64,000 bases of DNA from a virus (taxonomy: Duplodnaviria; Caudoviricetes). Shown here in pieces: positions 47,937-57,773 of this stretch (its first letter is position 1; every line of letters starts with the position of its first letter). The notes under the pieces are model-generated. The model was not told where the DNA came from and did no database searches. It saw only the letters and a list, made by a program, of their open reading frames with translations. The position numbers and the translations under genes are program-made. The DNA lies in the IMG/VR virus record IMGVR_UViG_3300003691_000004, positions 1,045 to 65,044 of that record; one strand, given 5' to 3'.

Positions 47937-48614
47937 ATGGACAGTAACGAGGAGAATTTTGAGTTGGCCAACAATTCTAACAAAGGCAGCTCGGAGCGCA
48001 TCGCCGCCTTGGAGGTCTCCCATGAGATGCTCACAAACGACGTCCGAAGCCTCGCCAAGTCCGTCAGGGACGTAGCTAGACAAAACCAAGAGTCCATGAA
48101 CGCCCTCAGCAAGGAGCTATCACACTCCATCGAGGCCGTGACAGATAGGATATCAAGCACAACGAAAACACCGTGGGCGAACCTTCTCGCAGGTGTGGGA
48201 ATAATCCTCGTTGTCGCTGGAGCTTTCTGTTCTGGTTACTTGCGCGACCAAGGTCGTATTGAACGTACCGTTTACGACATACAAAAAAGCTTGGGCGATC
48301 ACCTGAGCAGTAAGGGTCATTTCAGGACTGAGGCAAACGAGAAAGCTATCCGTGAATTAGATGTCGTTCTACAGCGGGAAATGCGACTTTTAGACGCACG
48401 GGCAGACACAGAGATCAAAGCGATCAGTGAACGCCTACACAGGGAGATGGAGTTGCAGGGCAGGGCCTTGAAAATCCAAGCAGATCTTTCGCAAGCGCAG
48501 ATCTCTAAAAATCTGAGGTGGCAAGAAGAGCACGACCAACGCGTGGTCGGTTTGAACGCCTCACAAAACGAGCGCCTCAAAGCACTTGAGCGCGAAACTT
48601 ACATTAAGGACTAA
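47937..48614 (+). CDS. coiled-coil membrane protein of lysis region
   Basis: ERIAALE coiled coil, single TM. Confidence 0.6.
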   Translation: MDSNEENFELANNSNKGSSERIAALEVSHEMLTNDVRSLAKSVRDVARQNQESMNALSKELSHSIEAVTDRISSTTKTPWANLLAGVGIILVVAGAFCSGYLRDQGRIERTVYDIQKSLGDHLSSKGHFRTEANEKAIRELDVVLQREMRLLDARADTEIKAISERLHREMELQGRALKIQADLSQAQISKNLRWQEEHDQRVVGLNASQNERLKALERETYIKD

Positions 48615-48616
48615 TC

Positions 48617-48814
48617 ATGGCAAGTTGGAAAAGTACAGCACTTGGAATCATCGGAGGCATTGGAATCTTGGCTACTCAATTAACGGCACTACTGGACTCT
48701 GATCCAGCAACGGTATTCGACATCTCCGTCGCGATCGGTGCCCTTGGAGTATTCGGCCTCGGTGTTGTGGCGCGAGACAATGGCGTTTCTTCGGAAGACG
48801 TTGGCGCTAAGTAA
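48617..48814 (+). CDS. holin-like protein
   Basis: SWKST..G, two TMs, G...ARD..VSSE. Confidence 0.7.
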   Translation: MASWKSTALGIIGGIGILATQLTALLDSDPATVFDISVAIGALGVFGLGVVARDNGVSSEDVGAK

Positions 48815-49017
48815 TGGGTTGGATCGTTGAGGTTTTAGCAGGTCTTGGCGCTTTCCTTCGTGAGTTACTGCCAGCACTCAGAGAAAGACGAGGCGTAGAC
48901 TATGCAGGTGACCAGAAAACTTTTGATGTGCTCAATGATGACATTGATGCTGCTATCGAGCGGCTGCGGGTTGATTCAGATGTTCGATCCGACGACGATA
49001 GTGAAAGCACCGGATAG
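48814..49017 (+). CDS. i-spanin-like membrane protein
   Basis: N-terminal amphipathic/TM helix; overlapped by lipoprotein gene. Confidence 0.45.
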   Translation: MGWIVEVLAGLGAFLRELLPALRERRGVDYAGDQKTFDVLNDDIDAAIERLRVDSDVRSDDDSESTG

Positions 49018-49165
49018 TCCGATGCTTGTGATTCAAGTAGGATGGACAAAGGCCAAAGTCGCCGTGTTTGATCCCAAAACGAATGCACTCACTACATACG
49101 GGTGGATTGAACTGGAGTCGATCAAAGGCCTTACATTGCACAAGTACGATTGGAACAAGCGCTAG
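48902..49165 (+). CDS. o-spanin-like lipoprotein
   Basis: Signal ending LLSSGC; overlapping frame; true start may be ~48935. Confidence 0.55.
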   Translation: MQVTRKLLMCSMMTLMLLSSGCGLIQMFDPTTIVKAPDSPMLVIQVGWTKAKVAVFDPKTNALTTYGWIELESIKGLTLHKYDWNKR

Positions 49166-49169
49166 AGGG

Positions 49170-49445
49170 CTCCTCTTGTGCGAATCGGTTTTTCGATTTC
49201 GGAAAATGCTGTAGCGGTTCGCACTAGACCGGGAAAGCGAGGTGTGAAATCTGAGTCAAGTCTAACTACCGTAGACTATGCACACCTAGCCGATCTGGCT
49301 TGAGCCCCCAGATCGGTTATTTCTTTTGACGGTTGCGCTCCGATTGAAAATGATCGTGTAAGCTACAAAAAGATGAGTCAACTCCTCTTCCCCTGACTCT
49401 ACACTTGCGCCCGAACCCTTGCCCCAGGGTTCGGGTTCTTTACTC
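49170..49445 (+). ncRNA. candidate structured non-coding RNA(s)/terminators
   Basis: Stems gtgcgaatcg/cggttcgcac, aggtgtg/cacacct with inner agtcta/tagact, tagccgatctgg/ccagatcggtta, gagtca/tgactc, cccgaaccct/agggttcggg. Confidence 0.45.
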
Positions 49446-49456
49446 TCAGGAGACAG

Positions 49457-50935
49457 ATGCACCAAGAACCATTCAAGGTGAAAACCACACCTTACTCTCA
49501 CCAAGTCGACAGCTACTACCGGGTGAAGTCACTACTGAAACAACGTGGTGGAATGGCGATACTCTCTGAGCAGGGCACAGGGAAGAGTAAAGTCTTAATC
49601 GACTACTTAGATTCACTGGCAGACGAAACAGGATACCTAGGGATGCATCTTATCGTTGCCCCTAACGTAGTAGTCGAAAACTGGCGCGACGAAATCGCGA
49701 TTCACTCTAGGTACTACGGCGAGCACGTTCATATACTTAGGCAAGTTCGCAAGAAGAGAATAGAGCTAGCAACTAGCGGCAAGCCTGGCATTTACGTTAT
49801 CAACTACGAAGGTATCAGGACGCTTAAGTATAAAGGTGGCGGCAAAAAGGTCATCGCAAATCACCACTTAGCTAAGCAGCCATGGGACACAGTGGCCTGT
49901 GACGAGATCACTCGAATAAATAGTAGATCGTCGCAACAGAGTCGCGGTATGCACGACTTCACAAAATGGTGCCCTAAGGCCAAACGCATAGGTATGACAG
50001 GGACGCCGATCACAGACGAGCCTATGAATATCTTCTCAATATTCAGGTTTATTGACCCAACTGTATTCGGCACAGACTACTACGCGTTCGAGCACAGGTA
50101 CGCCGAAACGCAAAAGGAGATTATCTATATCGGCGGCAAGCCTCGCGAAGTGAAAAACATTTGCGGGTACAAGAACGAGGACGAGCTTTCAAAGAAGATG
50201 TACGAAAGCTCAGTTCGTTGGATGAAAAAAGACTGCCTAGACCTACCTGAGCGCACATGGCAGACGCGGCTCATCCCATGGGATAAAGACCAGAAGCGTA
50301 TTTACGAGGACATGCAAAAAGACATGTTATCCGAGATAGGTAACGATCAGTGGATCAGTAGCGCGAATGCCATAGCTAACTTAATCAAGTTACGACAGAT
50401 CACCCAAGGTTGGGTTTACACAGACCGCGAAGGCTCGTACAAGATGGTCTGCAAGAATCCGCCGAAGCTGAAAGCCCTCAAGGAAGCAATAGAGGACTCA
50501 GCGGGACAGGTGCTAGTCTTCTTCACGTTCAAAGCGGACTTGAAGATCATAAAAGAGTTCTTCGACAAAAATAAAATCACCTACGCTGTCATCGCTGGCG
50601 AGGTCTCTATGGAGGGTCGCAGCGATGCAGCGAAGCAGATACAAAACGGCTCAGTTCGCGTTGGCCTATGTCAAACGAAAGTCACTCAGTTCGGCTTAAC
50701 TTTGACGGCGGCAAGCACGGCGATTTACTACTCTAACGGCTTTGGCATGGAAGAGCGGTTGCAGTCGCAGGATAGAATTCACAGGATCGGACAGAAGTGC
50801 AAGGTCACCTACATCGACTTGTGCATGGAAGATTCGATCGACGTGTCTATCTGTAAGATGCACCGAAAGAAGGTCAAGATAGCCGAACGAATTACTATGA
50901 CCCAGTTTAGACAACTGGCGAAGGGGTTTGCATGA
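49457..50935 (+). CDS. SNF2-family helicase
   Basis: EQGTGKS, INYEG, CDE, MTGTP, LRQI, GLTLT, QSQDRIHRIGQ. Confidence 0.92.
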   Translation: MHQEPFKVKTTPYSHQVDSYYRVKSLLKQRGGMAILSEQGTGKSKVLIDYLDSLADETGYLGMHLIVAPNVVVENWRDEIAIHSRYYGEHVHILRQVRKKRIELATSGKPGIYVINYEGIRTLKYKGGGKKVIANHHLAKQPWDTVACDEITRINSRSSQQSRGMHDFTKWCPKAKRIGMTGTPITDEPMNIFSIFRFIDPTVFGTDYYAFEHRYAETQKEIIYIGGKPREVKNICGYKNEDELSKKMYESSVRWMKKDCLDLPERTWQTRLIPWDKDQKRIYEDMQKDMLSEIGNDQWISSANAIANLIKLRQITQGWVYTDREGSYKMVCKNPPKLKALKEAIEDSAGQVLVFFTFKADLKIIKEFFDKNKITYAVIAGEVSMEGRSDAAKQIQNGSVRVGLCQTKVTQFGLTLTAASTAIYYSNGFGMEERLQSQDRIHRIGQKCKVTYIDLCMEDSIDVSICKMHRKKVKIAERITMTQFRQLAKGFA

Positions 50936-51564
50936 AAACATACAATAAGGGCGATCGCGTTGCTGGTAAGTGCGACGGCCAGACCTATGTGGGCACAGTG
51001 ATGGCCTTCAAGAACGAGGACGGCCTTCCGACTTACGCTATCGAAACAGACAGCGGCGAGATGTTGGTGCTCGTAGTCACTAAGGAGAACTGCACTATTC
51101 GCAAGAGCCGCAAAAAAAAACTAACACAGGAAGAGCAAGATTTAGCCTCGGCAACTCACGTCGAAGATGAGATCTTGGTCGACGTGTTACTTCGCTACGA
51201 TGCGGCGTTGTTGGAAGCGGCGGAGTTGAAGAAGCAGCACGCAGCGAAGATCGAAGAGTCTAAGGAAATCCTTTGGAAAGCAAAGGAGATCATGGACGAG
51301 CAGAAATTGAAGAACTGCAAATACACAAAAGAAGATGGCTCCGATCGCCTTTGTTACCGTATGGTGAAAAAGAGCCCGACAGTAGCGGAAAAAGATCAAT
51401 TCGAAGCATGGTGCGAAGGTGCGGGTGTTGACCGTGCTCAGTTCACAATGCCTAGCCCTGGAAAATTCAAGGCTTGGTATAACGAGCGCGAGAAAACGGA
51501 AATGGGCTTGCCACTTGGTGTAGAAGTTTTTGAAGAGGAAAAGTTAAGCTTTCGAAACGCTTAA
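50932..51564 (+). CDS. Gp157/Gam-like coiled-coil protein
   Basis: Coiled coil and C-terminal P.GVEVF....LS.R. Confidence 0.5.
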   Translation: MKTYNKGDRVAGKCDGQTYVGTVMAFKNEDGLPTYAIETDSGEMLVLVVTKENCTIRKSRKKKLTQEEQDLASATHVEDEILVDVLLRYDAALLEAAELKKQHAAKIEESKEILWKAKEIMDEQKLKNCKYTKEDGSDRLCYRMVKKSPTVAEKDQFEAWCEGAGVDRAQFTMPSPGKFKAWYNEREKTEMGLPLGVEVFEEEKLSFRNA

Positions 51565-51581
51565 CATGAAAGGTAATTAAA

Positions 51582-52583
51582 ATGTCAAACGAGCTAATGA
51601 TTAAACGCTCAGCAGAACTTGCGGCGCTTGATCCTGAACTAGCAGCAATGATGGAAAGCCAAGCGTCAGAGTACCTTGGCAACATGCCAACTGACGAGGT
51701 GAAGATCCCTCGCATCGTTCTCATGCAAGGGTTGAGTGGGTTTGTCGGTGACGGCATCGCCCGCGTTGGGCAGTTCGCTCACTCCGTGTCAGCGCACATC
51801 TACCTTGAGAACCCATCGGATTCACTCACGATTATTCCGCTCTACTACTGGCGGTCGCGAGTGTGGTCGCGCCCGATCAACGAGGAGGGTGGCGCTTTTT
51901 GCAGAAGTGACAACGCTCTAACCTCTATCGGGCCTGAATTCGTTGGCCGAGACTGTAGCGGGTGCCCTATGAAGGAATGGTCTGAAGGCGAAGAGCAAAA
52001 AGACCGTGCTCCGAAGTGCAGTATTAATCACAACTGGGCAGTCATGCTACCAGATGAAGAGAACGAGGAGCACAAGGTCGCAGTGTTGCAGATGTCAAAA
52101 ACATCCTACACGGCTGGCAAGGAGTTCAACAACAGGCTCCGACCCATGAAGGGTGCTCCATTCTTTCACCAGTTCCAAATGGGTTCTAAGCAGGACGAGA
52201 GTGGTCCATTCAAGTATTGGGTTCCTGAGTTCCGCAAGTTCTCTGACACGAACAAGTACGACAAGGACACGATCTCACGCGACGATTGGCAAACGGTTCT
52301 GCCAGAAGCGAAGAAGTACGCCGAGCACTTCAAATTGTTGTTTGAGTCCAGCTTGAAAGATCCGACGTTTGACGAGAGTTCAGCCAACGCTCCAGACGCG
52401 CCGGAGTTCGGTTGGAACAGCGGGGACGACCCCTTGGGTGAGCCCAAGAAGGCCAAAGAGGTTGTTGTTCAAGCGAAGGCGAAAGCCGTTGAGAAACATG
52501 TTCCTGAAAAAGCTGTAGCCATTGAGGCTCCGAAAAAAGATGTGCTACCTAGCGATGAAGACTTTGACTTCGACGACATGTAA
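51582..52583 (+). CDS. SSB/annealing-like replication protein
   Basis: IPRI.L.Q.LS, C..CP...W...P.C, acidic tail DEDFDFDDM; between helicase and primase. Confidence 0.6.
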   Translation: MSNELMIKRSAELAALDPELAAMMESQASEYLGNMPTDEVKIPRIVLMQGLSGFVGDGIARVGQFAHSVSAHIYLENPSDSLTIIPLYYWRSRVWSRPINEEGGAFCRSDNALTSIGPEFVGRDCSGCPMKEWSEGEEQKDRAPKCSINHNWAVMLPDEENEEHKVAVLQMSKTSYTAGKEFNNRLRPMKGAPFFHQFQMGSKQDESGPFKYWVPEFRKFSDTNKYDKDTISRDDWQTVLPEAKKYAEHFKLLFESSLKDPTFDESSANAPDAPEFGWNSGDDPLGEPKKAKEVVVQAKAKAVEKHVPEKAVAIEAPKKDVLPSDEDFDFDDM

Positions 52584-52594
52584 AGGGCTGCGAA

Positions 52595-54334
52595 ATGGCT
52601 GGGGATTTTCATTCTCTCTACCACGACGTAGTCAGGAAGTCTAAGAAGGCTGGCGGCGATTGGTGGAACGGGTTCTGCCCGTTCCACGAGGGTCCAAATT
52701 CTAAGTCTCCTAGCTTCGGGTGGAACGAGAGCACAGGCGGTTTCAACTGCCAGGGGTGTAATCGAACAGGCTCAGCGGTTGAGTTCTATGGACTAATAAA
52801 CATCTCGACCTACTCAGGGACCGATCAAGATAAAAAAGATGCATTCAAAGAGTTAGTGAAATTAATCCCGGCTATCGGTACGCCAGGGTTCAAAGCGAAT
52901 CAGAAAAGGGATTCTGGGAATGCTGTAGCGAAATCCAGTCTCCCAACTAAAGAAGAAATCGAGAAGTGGCATAGCGATCTACTCGCCAGCCCAGAGAAGT
53001 TAGACGTTCTCCTAAACAAACGTCACTGGTCACTCGAAGAGATAAAGAAGCGGCAAGTCGGCATTGCCAGCTTCAAAGAGAAGGACGGGGAAGCGTTCGT
53101 AGATCGCGAACGGTACTCGATCCCTATCTACTACGGCAGACGTCTCAAGAATGTGCGGAAGTACATCCCGGGCGCGAAGAAGCCGATAGTGAAAATTAAA
53201 GGTATTTTTGGACGCAATGAAAATCAGTGCTTCCCGGTAGAGGCGTTCGATTCAAAAACCGTTTTTTTGGTCGAAGGTGAACCGGATTGTTTAGCTGCTC
53301 GCTCGTGCGGTCTAAACGCCATGACCTTTACCGGGGGCGCTGGTAAAATACCTGTAGATTCAGAGTCGCTCTTTAAGGATCACAAGGTGGTCATTATTTA
53401 CGACTACGACTACGGGATTGACGCTAACGGAGCTGTCAAAACCAAAGGTCAAGTCGGAGCGATCCAGGTCGCTGAGAAATTAAAGGGACATGCCGAGAGC
53501 GTTCGGATCATGGACATCGGCCCGCTAGTCGACGTCACTCTGCACGAGAAAGATATCACCGACGTCATCGCTAAAATCGGTGGCATAGGCCTCAAGCGAT
53601 GGATTAAAAAAGAGCTTCCCAACGTACCAGTGTTCCAGGCGAAAGCTTCGGACACTAGCGACGCCAGGGAGGTGTCTTTCTCCAGCGCGACATCTGCGGA
53701 AAATGTCAGCGCGTCGCATAAGATATCATTCTCAGCCATCGTTATGGGTGCAGCTCAACAGCCATACGATGCGATCTCTAAGTTGTCGGCGACGTGCGAG
53801 CAGGCTGGATCAAAGGACAAGTGCGCTTACTGCCCACTAGCTCTAGGTAAGGCGGTCGCTGATCTAGACTTGCTTAGCGATGACATGCTCGCCCAGATTC
53901 GAACAACCAAAGGGATTAAGAATAAAACCCTACAGCGCGGCGCAGGGTTCGGTTGCGAGGCTTGGCGTATCGACCCACAGGCGACAGAGCGAACGTCGAT
54001 TCACGAGGTTATCATCGGCCCGGAAATAGACAGGTCAATCGTAGATGACGACGCGCTAGGTGACGGCGAAATGGGGATCAATCAGAGGACTGTATTCGTG
54101 CACATCAACGGGCAAGGTCCACTCCAACTAAATAACTCATACAGATTCGAAGGTGTGTCTGTACCGCAGCCATGGAATCAGGCTGTGACACACATCTTTG
54201 ACGTGGCGAAGAAGGTCGATAGCGACGTCGAGACTTTTGATCTTTCAGAAGAAGAGCAAGAATCACTAAGGCATTGGGTCGAGGCCATTGGTGGTGTGAA
54301 CGCAGAACCAACAACAGAGAGGCTTGAATACTAA
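52595..54334 (+). CDS. DNA primase (CHC2 Zn finger + TOPRIM) with C-terminal MCM-N-like domain
   Basis: CPFH...SF....FNCQGC, VEGEPD, YDYD, KDITD; C-terminal C...C..C...C cluster and OB-like Y.FEG...P.P. Confidence 0.85.
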   Translation: MAGDFHSLYHDVVRKSKKAGGDWWNGFCPFHEGPNSKSPSFGWNESTGGFNCQGCNRTGSAVEFYGLINISTYSGTDQDKKDAFKELVKLIPAIGTPGFKANQKRDSGNAVAKSSLPTKEEIEKWHSDLLASPEKLDVLLNKRHWSLEEIKKRQVGIASFKEKDGEAFVDRERYSIPIYYGRRLKNVRKYIPGAKKPIVKIKGIFGRNENQCFPVEAFDSKTVFLVEGEPDCLAARSCGLNAMTFTGGAGKIPVDSESLFKDHKVVIIYDYDYGIDANGAVKTKGQVGAIQVAEKLKGHAESVRIMDIGPLVDVTLHEKDITDVIAKIGGIGLKRWIKKELPNVPVFQAKASDTSDAREVSFSSATSAENVSASHKISFSAIVMGAAQQPYDAISKLSATCEQAGSKDKCAYCPLALGKAVADLDLLSDDMLAQIRTTKGIKNKTLQRGAGFGCEAWRIDPQATERTSIHEVIIGPEIDRSIVDDDALGDGEMGINQRTVFVHINGQGPLQLNNSYRFEGVSVPQPWNQAVTHIFDVAKKVDSDVETFDLSEEEQESLRHWVEAIGGVNAEPTTERLEY

Positions 54335-55668
54335 TGAATCCAGTCGTCGAACAGTTAGATAAGATCTATGAGGATCTAGAGTCTAACGTAATCGGGATCA
54401 AGAACAGGCGTGAGTTGATGTTCGCGGTAGACATCTGCTACCACTCAGTCTTACGCTTCCCATTCCAGGGGAGAGTACTAGAAAAGGGGATTTGTGAAGC
54501 GCTCGTCGTCGGAGACACCAGGACCGGAAAGTCGCACACTGTCAGAGCGCTACTTAAACACTACGGACTCGGAGATTTCATCCACGGGGAAAGCTGTACG
54601 CTCGCCGGTCTGCTTGGAGGGATTGATGAAGGAGCAAATGGCAATCGATTTGTACGATGCGGAAGATTGCCTATGTCACATCGAGGTCTTGTCGTCATTG
54701 ATGAAGCTAATGAACTCGACCCTGAGACAGTCGGAAAAATGTCAGGAATTAGATCTTCGGGGGTTGTTGACATCGTTAAAATCATCAATCAAAAAATTCC
54801 ATGCAGAACTCGGCTCATATGGATCGCAAACCCCAGGGCAATGAAATCTATGGCGCAGTTCAGTTACGGCGTGGAGTCGATCGTCGACGTGATTGGAAAG
54901 CCAGAGGATATCGCTCGCTTTGACATAGCTGTGACAGTAGCGCATGGAGATGTCGATCGAAACGCGCTCTACAAGACAAGCGTGAAGTCTAGCGTCCCAC
55001 ACCTCGCGACGTCGCAGCGCTGCAACGCCCTAATCAAATGGGTGTGGTCTAGGCGTCCGTCCCAGGTTGTTTTGTCAGACGGTGTCGAACGTCGGATTCT
55101 AGACGTCTGCAAGGAACTGTCGGAGATCTACTCCGAAACGATCCCATTGGTCGTCGAGACTGAACAGCGCAACAAGGTCGCGAAGATGGCGGTAGCGGTG
55201 GCAGCCAGAACTATGAGCCACTCGAACTGGGAGAAAATAGTAGTCACCCCGGACCATGTAGACGCAGCGATCTACTACCTGCGGCGATGCTACGACGCTA
55301 CGAGCATGGACTACCGGAACTACACAGTGTTTAAGAAGTCGCAGCGGATCGACGAAAAGAAAATGGATAACGTACTGCACGCGATCGGTCGAAATGGTGC
55401 GCTCTTAGTGCTGAACAATGGTCCGTCAAAAGAGATGTTGCGCAACGTGTTCGGAGATAACGATGCAGTGGTGAAGGCTTGCTGGCAAGAATTGGTTTCC
55501 TGCAATGCTCTAGAGTATGACAGAATCCGCAGGATGTGGAATCTTACGGGGGCTGGTGTTCAAGCTCTCAAACAATCGCAGTCGCTAGGTAGCGGCATCG
55601 CAGAGTTGCCCGATCCATTGAGGATGGTTGCTCTCTCGCCCTACGAAGAGATGAATGTCTGGAACTGA
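54334..55668 (+). CDS. MCM-family AAA+ replicative helicase motor domain
   Basis: VVGDTRTGKS, AGLLG, G.L....G...IDE, ANP, ARFD, V...HV..A. Confidence 0.88.
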   Translation: MNPVVEQLDKIYEDLESNVIGIKNRRELMFAVDICYHSVLRFPFQGRVLEKGICEALVVGDTRTGKSHTVRALLKHYGLGDFIHGESCTLAGLLGGIDEGANGNRFVRCGRLPMSHRGLVVIDEANELDPETVGKMSGIRSSGVVDIVKIINQKIPCRTRLIWIANPRAMKSMAQFSYGVESIVDVIGKPEDIARFDIAVTVAHGDVDRNALYKTSVKSSVPHLATSQRCNALIKWVWSRRPSQVVLSDGVERRILDVCKELSEIYSETIPLVVETEQRNKVAKMAVAVAARTMSHSNWEKIVVTPDHVDAAIYYLRRCYDATSMDYRNYTVFKKSQRIDEKKMDNVLHAIGRNGALLVLNNGPSKEMLRNVFGDNDAVVKACWQELVSCNALEYDRIRRMWNLTGAGVQALKQSQSLGSGIAELPDPLRMVALSPYEEMNVWN

Positions 55669-55865
55669 TGAAAAAGGAACACGCGCTAAGGATACTTGAT
55701 TGGTGTAGTATCAAAAGGAACACCCCGTTTTACGCGCTAGGTGAGTACGCACAATCTGAGGTCTTGGCTTGGGCTATCTCGTGTAATTACCATGTTAAAA
55801 AAGACAGCCCTTACGGTAGGGATCAGGCTTTTTTCAATAAGCTAAAGAAGGTAGCATTTCACTAA
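55668..55865 (+). CDS. hypothetical protein
   Basis: TGATG coupling. Confidence 0.55.
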   Translation: MKKEHALRILDWCSIKRNTPFYALGEYAQSEVLAWAISCNYHVKKDSPYGRDQAFFNKLKKVAFH

Positions 55866-55921
55866 AAACAACGCTCGGATCTCAGTCGGTCGTCTAAAAT
55901 GAACTTAGAAAGAGGGACATC

Positions 55922-56542
55922 ATGAAAATCGAAGACCTGGTAGGCAAACGTAAACAGCTTCGCGAGGACTCACCCTTGAAGGGTTGCGGCTATGCGTCAA
56001 TGGAGTTCTGCACTGACGAATTTAAGATCATTAAGTTGGCAGACGAGAAGCACCTCGTTGGACTACTTGGTAAGGTTGCGCCAGACCTAGTCCCAGTACT
56101 CGAAACGATCGAGGGCATAGGACCAAAGCGTTCTTATGTGGCGTGGGTTTCCGCGACAATGCGGGCGCTCACGCTACGTGGCGTTGAACTCGATTGGTTC
56201 TTAGAGTACACGCTCGCAGGTAAGGACGATCTTGGTGGCATGAAGGTTGATGGTGACGATCCAGACGCTGCGGCAGAACGCAAACGTCAAAAAGCGATCG
56301 CTCCGATCATCATGGTGATGACTAAGAAGAACGTCCCCGTCGAGCAAGTGGTTAAGATGCTCGTCGTCGGCCTTGGTGAGAAGAAGGACAAGGACGAGTG
56401 GAAGGATGAAAAAGTCGTTACTGCAAAAGTTGTAGGTTTTATCGCTTCATGCGACGAAGGTCGGAGTGATTGGACTGTCGTCCGTGACGGAAGCAAAGTG
56501 ACCCTGGTTGAGAAAACACAGTTCGGGGGATTAGATGAGTAA
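55922..56542 (+). CDS. hypothetical protein
   Basis: GAGGG RBS, 206 aa. Confidence 0.7.
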   Translation: MKIEDLVGKRKQLREDSPLKGCGYASMEFCTDEFKIIKLADEKHLVGLLGKVAPDLVPVLETIEGIGPKRSYVAWVSATMRALTLRGVELDWFLEYTLAGKDDLGGMKVDGDDPDAAAERKRQKAIAPIIMVMTKKNVPVEQVVKMLVVGLGEKKDKDEWKDEKVVTAKVVGFIASCDEGRSDWTVVRDGSKVTLVEKTQFGGLDE

Positions 56543-56906
56543 TCTATCAGACGCCATCGATAGTTTGCGCGAGGCGATCCAAATACTAGGTGACACCTGC
56601 AATCCAGACCTCCGCCTGCGAGTCACGAACCTCTGCGAAGCTTCCAAGATCCAGCTGGAGAAATCTGGTGTCGAGCACCAGCGCAGTACCGGGAGCGGTG
56701 GCGGCACTTCGAGCGGACCGAAGAAGAAGGCGGTATCCGAAGAGGAGATCGAACTCACAAATAAGATGTTAGATAAGCTGTCCAGTATGGACATCCAGGC
56801 TAGCGAGTTCATAGACTCGTTGGCTACCGGGTTTGATAAGTACGGATCGTTGACGATTGGCCAATACAACGCCTTGAAAAAGGTGTACGCTAAGGAAGTC
56901 GGGTAG
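56535..56906 (+). CDS. hypothetical protein
   Basis: FIDSL...F...G.LT..Q motif. Confidence 0.65.
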   Translation: MSNLSDAIDSLREAIQILGDTCNPDLRLRVTNLCEASKIQLEKSGVEHQRSTGSGGGTSSGPKKKAVSEEEIELTNKMLDKLSSMDIQASEFIDSLATGFDKYGSLTIGQYNALKKVYAKEVG

Positions 56907-56996
56907 GCAACCCCCGACAAGGTTGATCCGAACACCCGTCCGGCGTTTGATGCGCGTCGGGCGGTTTAGACAATCTTTGGCATGATTGACCCTTCG

Positions 56997-57031
56997 GCCC
57001 ACTCTTCGTTAGCGCGTTGAGTGGGTTTTTT
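56997..57031 (+). terminator. terminator at convergence point
   Basis: gcccactc...gagtgggt then T run. Confidence 0.7.
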
Positions 57032-57773
57032 ATTTATTGAAGTCAGCCGCGTCGTCCGCTTCAAACTCCTCATTGTCCTTGTCGTCGTCCCCACCCTCAT
57101 CGTCCTCGGCCATGATCTTGTCCATGAGCACTTTCGCGTCTGGGATGTCGACCTCTGGCGCGTCAGCCGGATCAGTGTAGGCCTCCTTGAAGAACCCACT
57201 GAGATTGATATCGATCACGTCGACGTCTTCAGCCTCGTCGATGACCATTAGGCCGCTCAACGTCGCCTCATATTTGTCCCAGTCGAGTATCTGTCGGATC
57301 AGAGGTGAGACCTCACCCAGAACACTCTCGTATTTAACCTCGGTGGTCGTGCTCTCCAACCCGTCGTTGCGTTTGTACTTGCTAATCTTGAGACGCTTGA
57401 CACCTTTCCCTCCACTGTCCGCGTCCTCCTGCATCGCCTTCTGTACTAACCCCAAGAGGATCTGCTTCGCATTGTTCGCGGCGTCGGTGTGTTTGCGAAG
57501 TCCGTCAGCACGGCTCAGCTTCGGGGCCATGTATTTCCCGTACAGGTCCATTCCGTGACGAACCTGCCTGGGCGAGATGTTCTTTCTGTTTGGGTACTTC
57601 TCGTTGTACTCGTTAGCGATCTGCTCGATCGTCTTCGAACCAACGGTGCTCTCCTGCCACCAACCACGATAAATAGCTCTGCGCTCCGGCGTGATCGACA
57701 CACTTGCGGTCTTGCTGGTGGCAGACTTCAGGAGTGATCTCGGTTTAGGTGGCTTCGGTGGCTTACCTGTCAT
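57030..57773 (-). CDS. putative terminase small subunit
   Basis: N-terminal HTH (TIEQIA...ISPRQV), helical middle, L.GL motif, acidic tail; downstream of ParB. Confidence 0.5.
   Translation of the reverse strand: MTGKPPKPPKPRSLLKSATSKTASVSITPERRAIYRGWWQESTVGSKTIEQIANEYNEKYPNRKNISPRQVRHGMDLYGKYMAPKLSRADGLRKHTDAANNAKQILLGLVQKAMQEDADSGGKGVKRLKISKYKRNDGLESTTTEVKYESVLGEVSPLIRQILDWDKYEATLSGLMVIDEAEDVDVIDINLSGFFKEAYTDPADAPEVDIPDAKVLMDKIMAEDDEGGDDDKDNEEFEADDAADFNK

Noticed and set aside
49240-49290. Hammerhead ribozyme (GAAA and CTGA nearby)
   Set aside because: Core elements are not in the CUGANGA-stem-GAAA arrangement.
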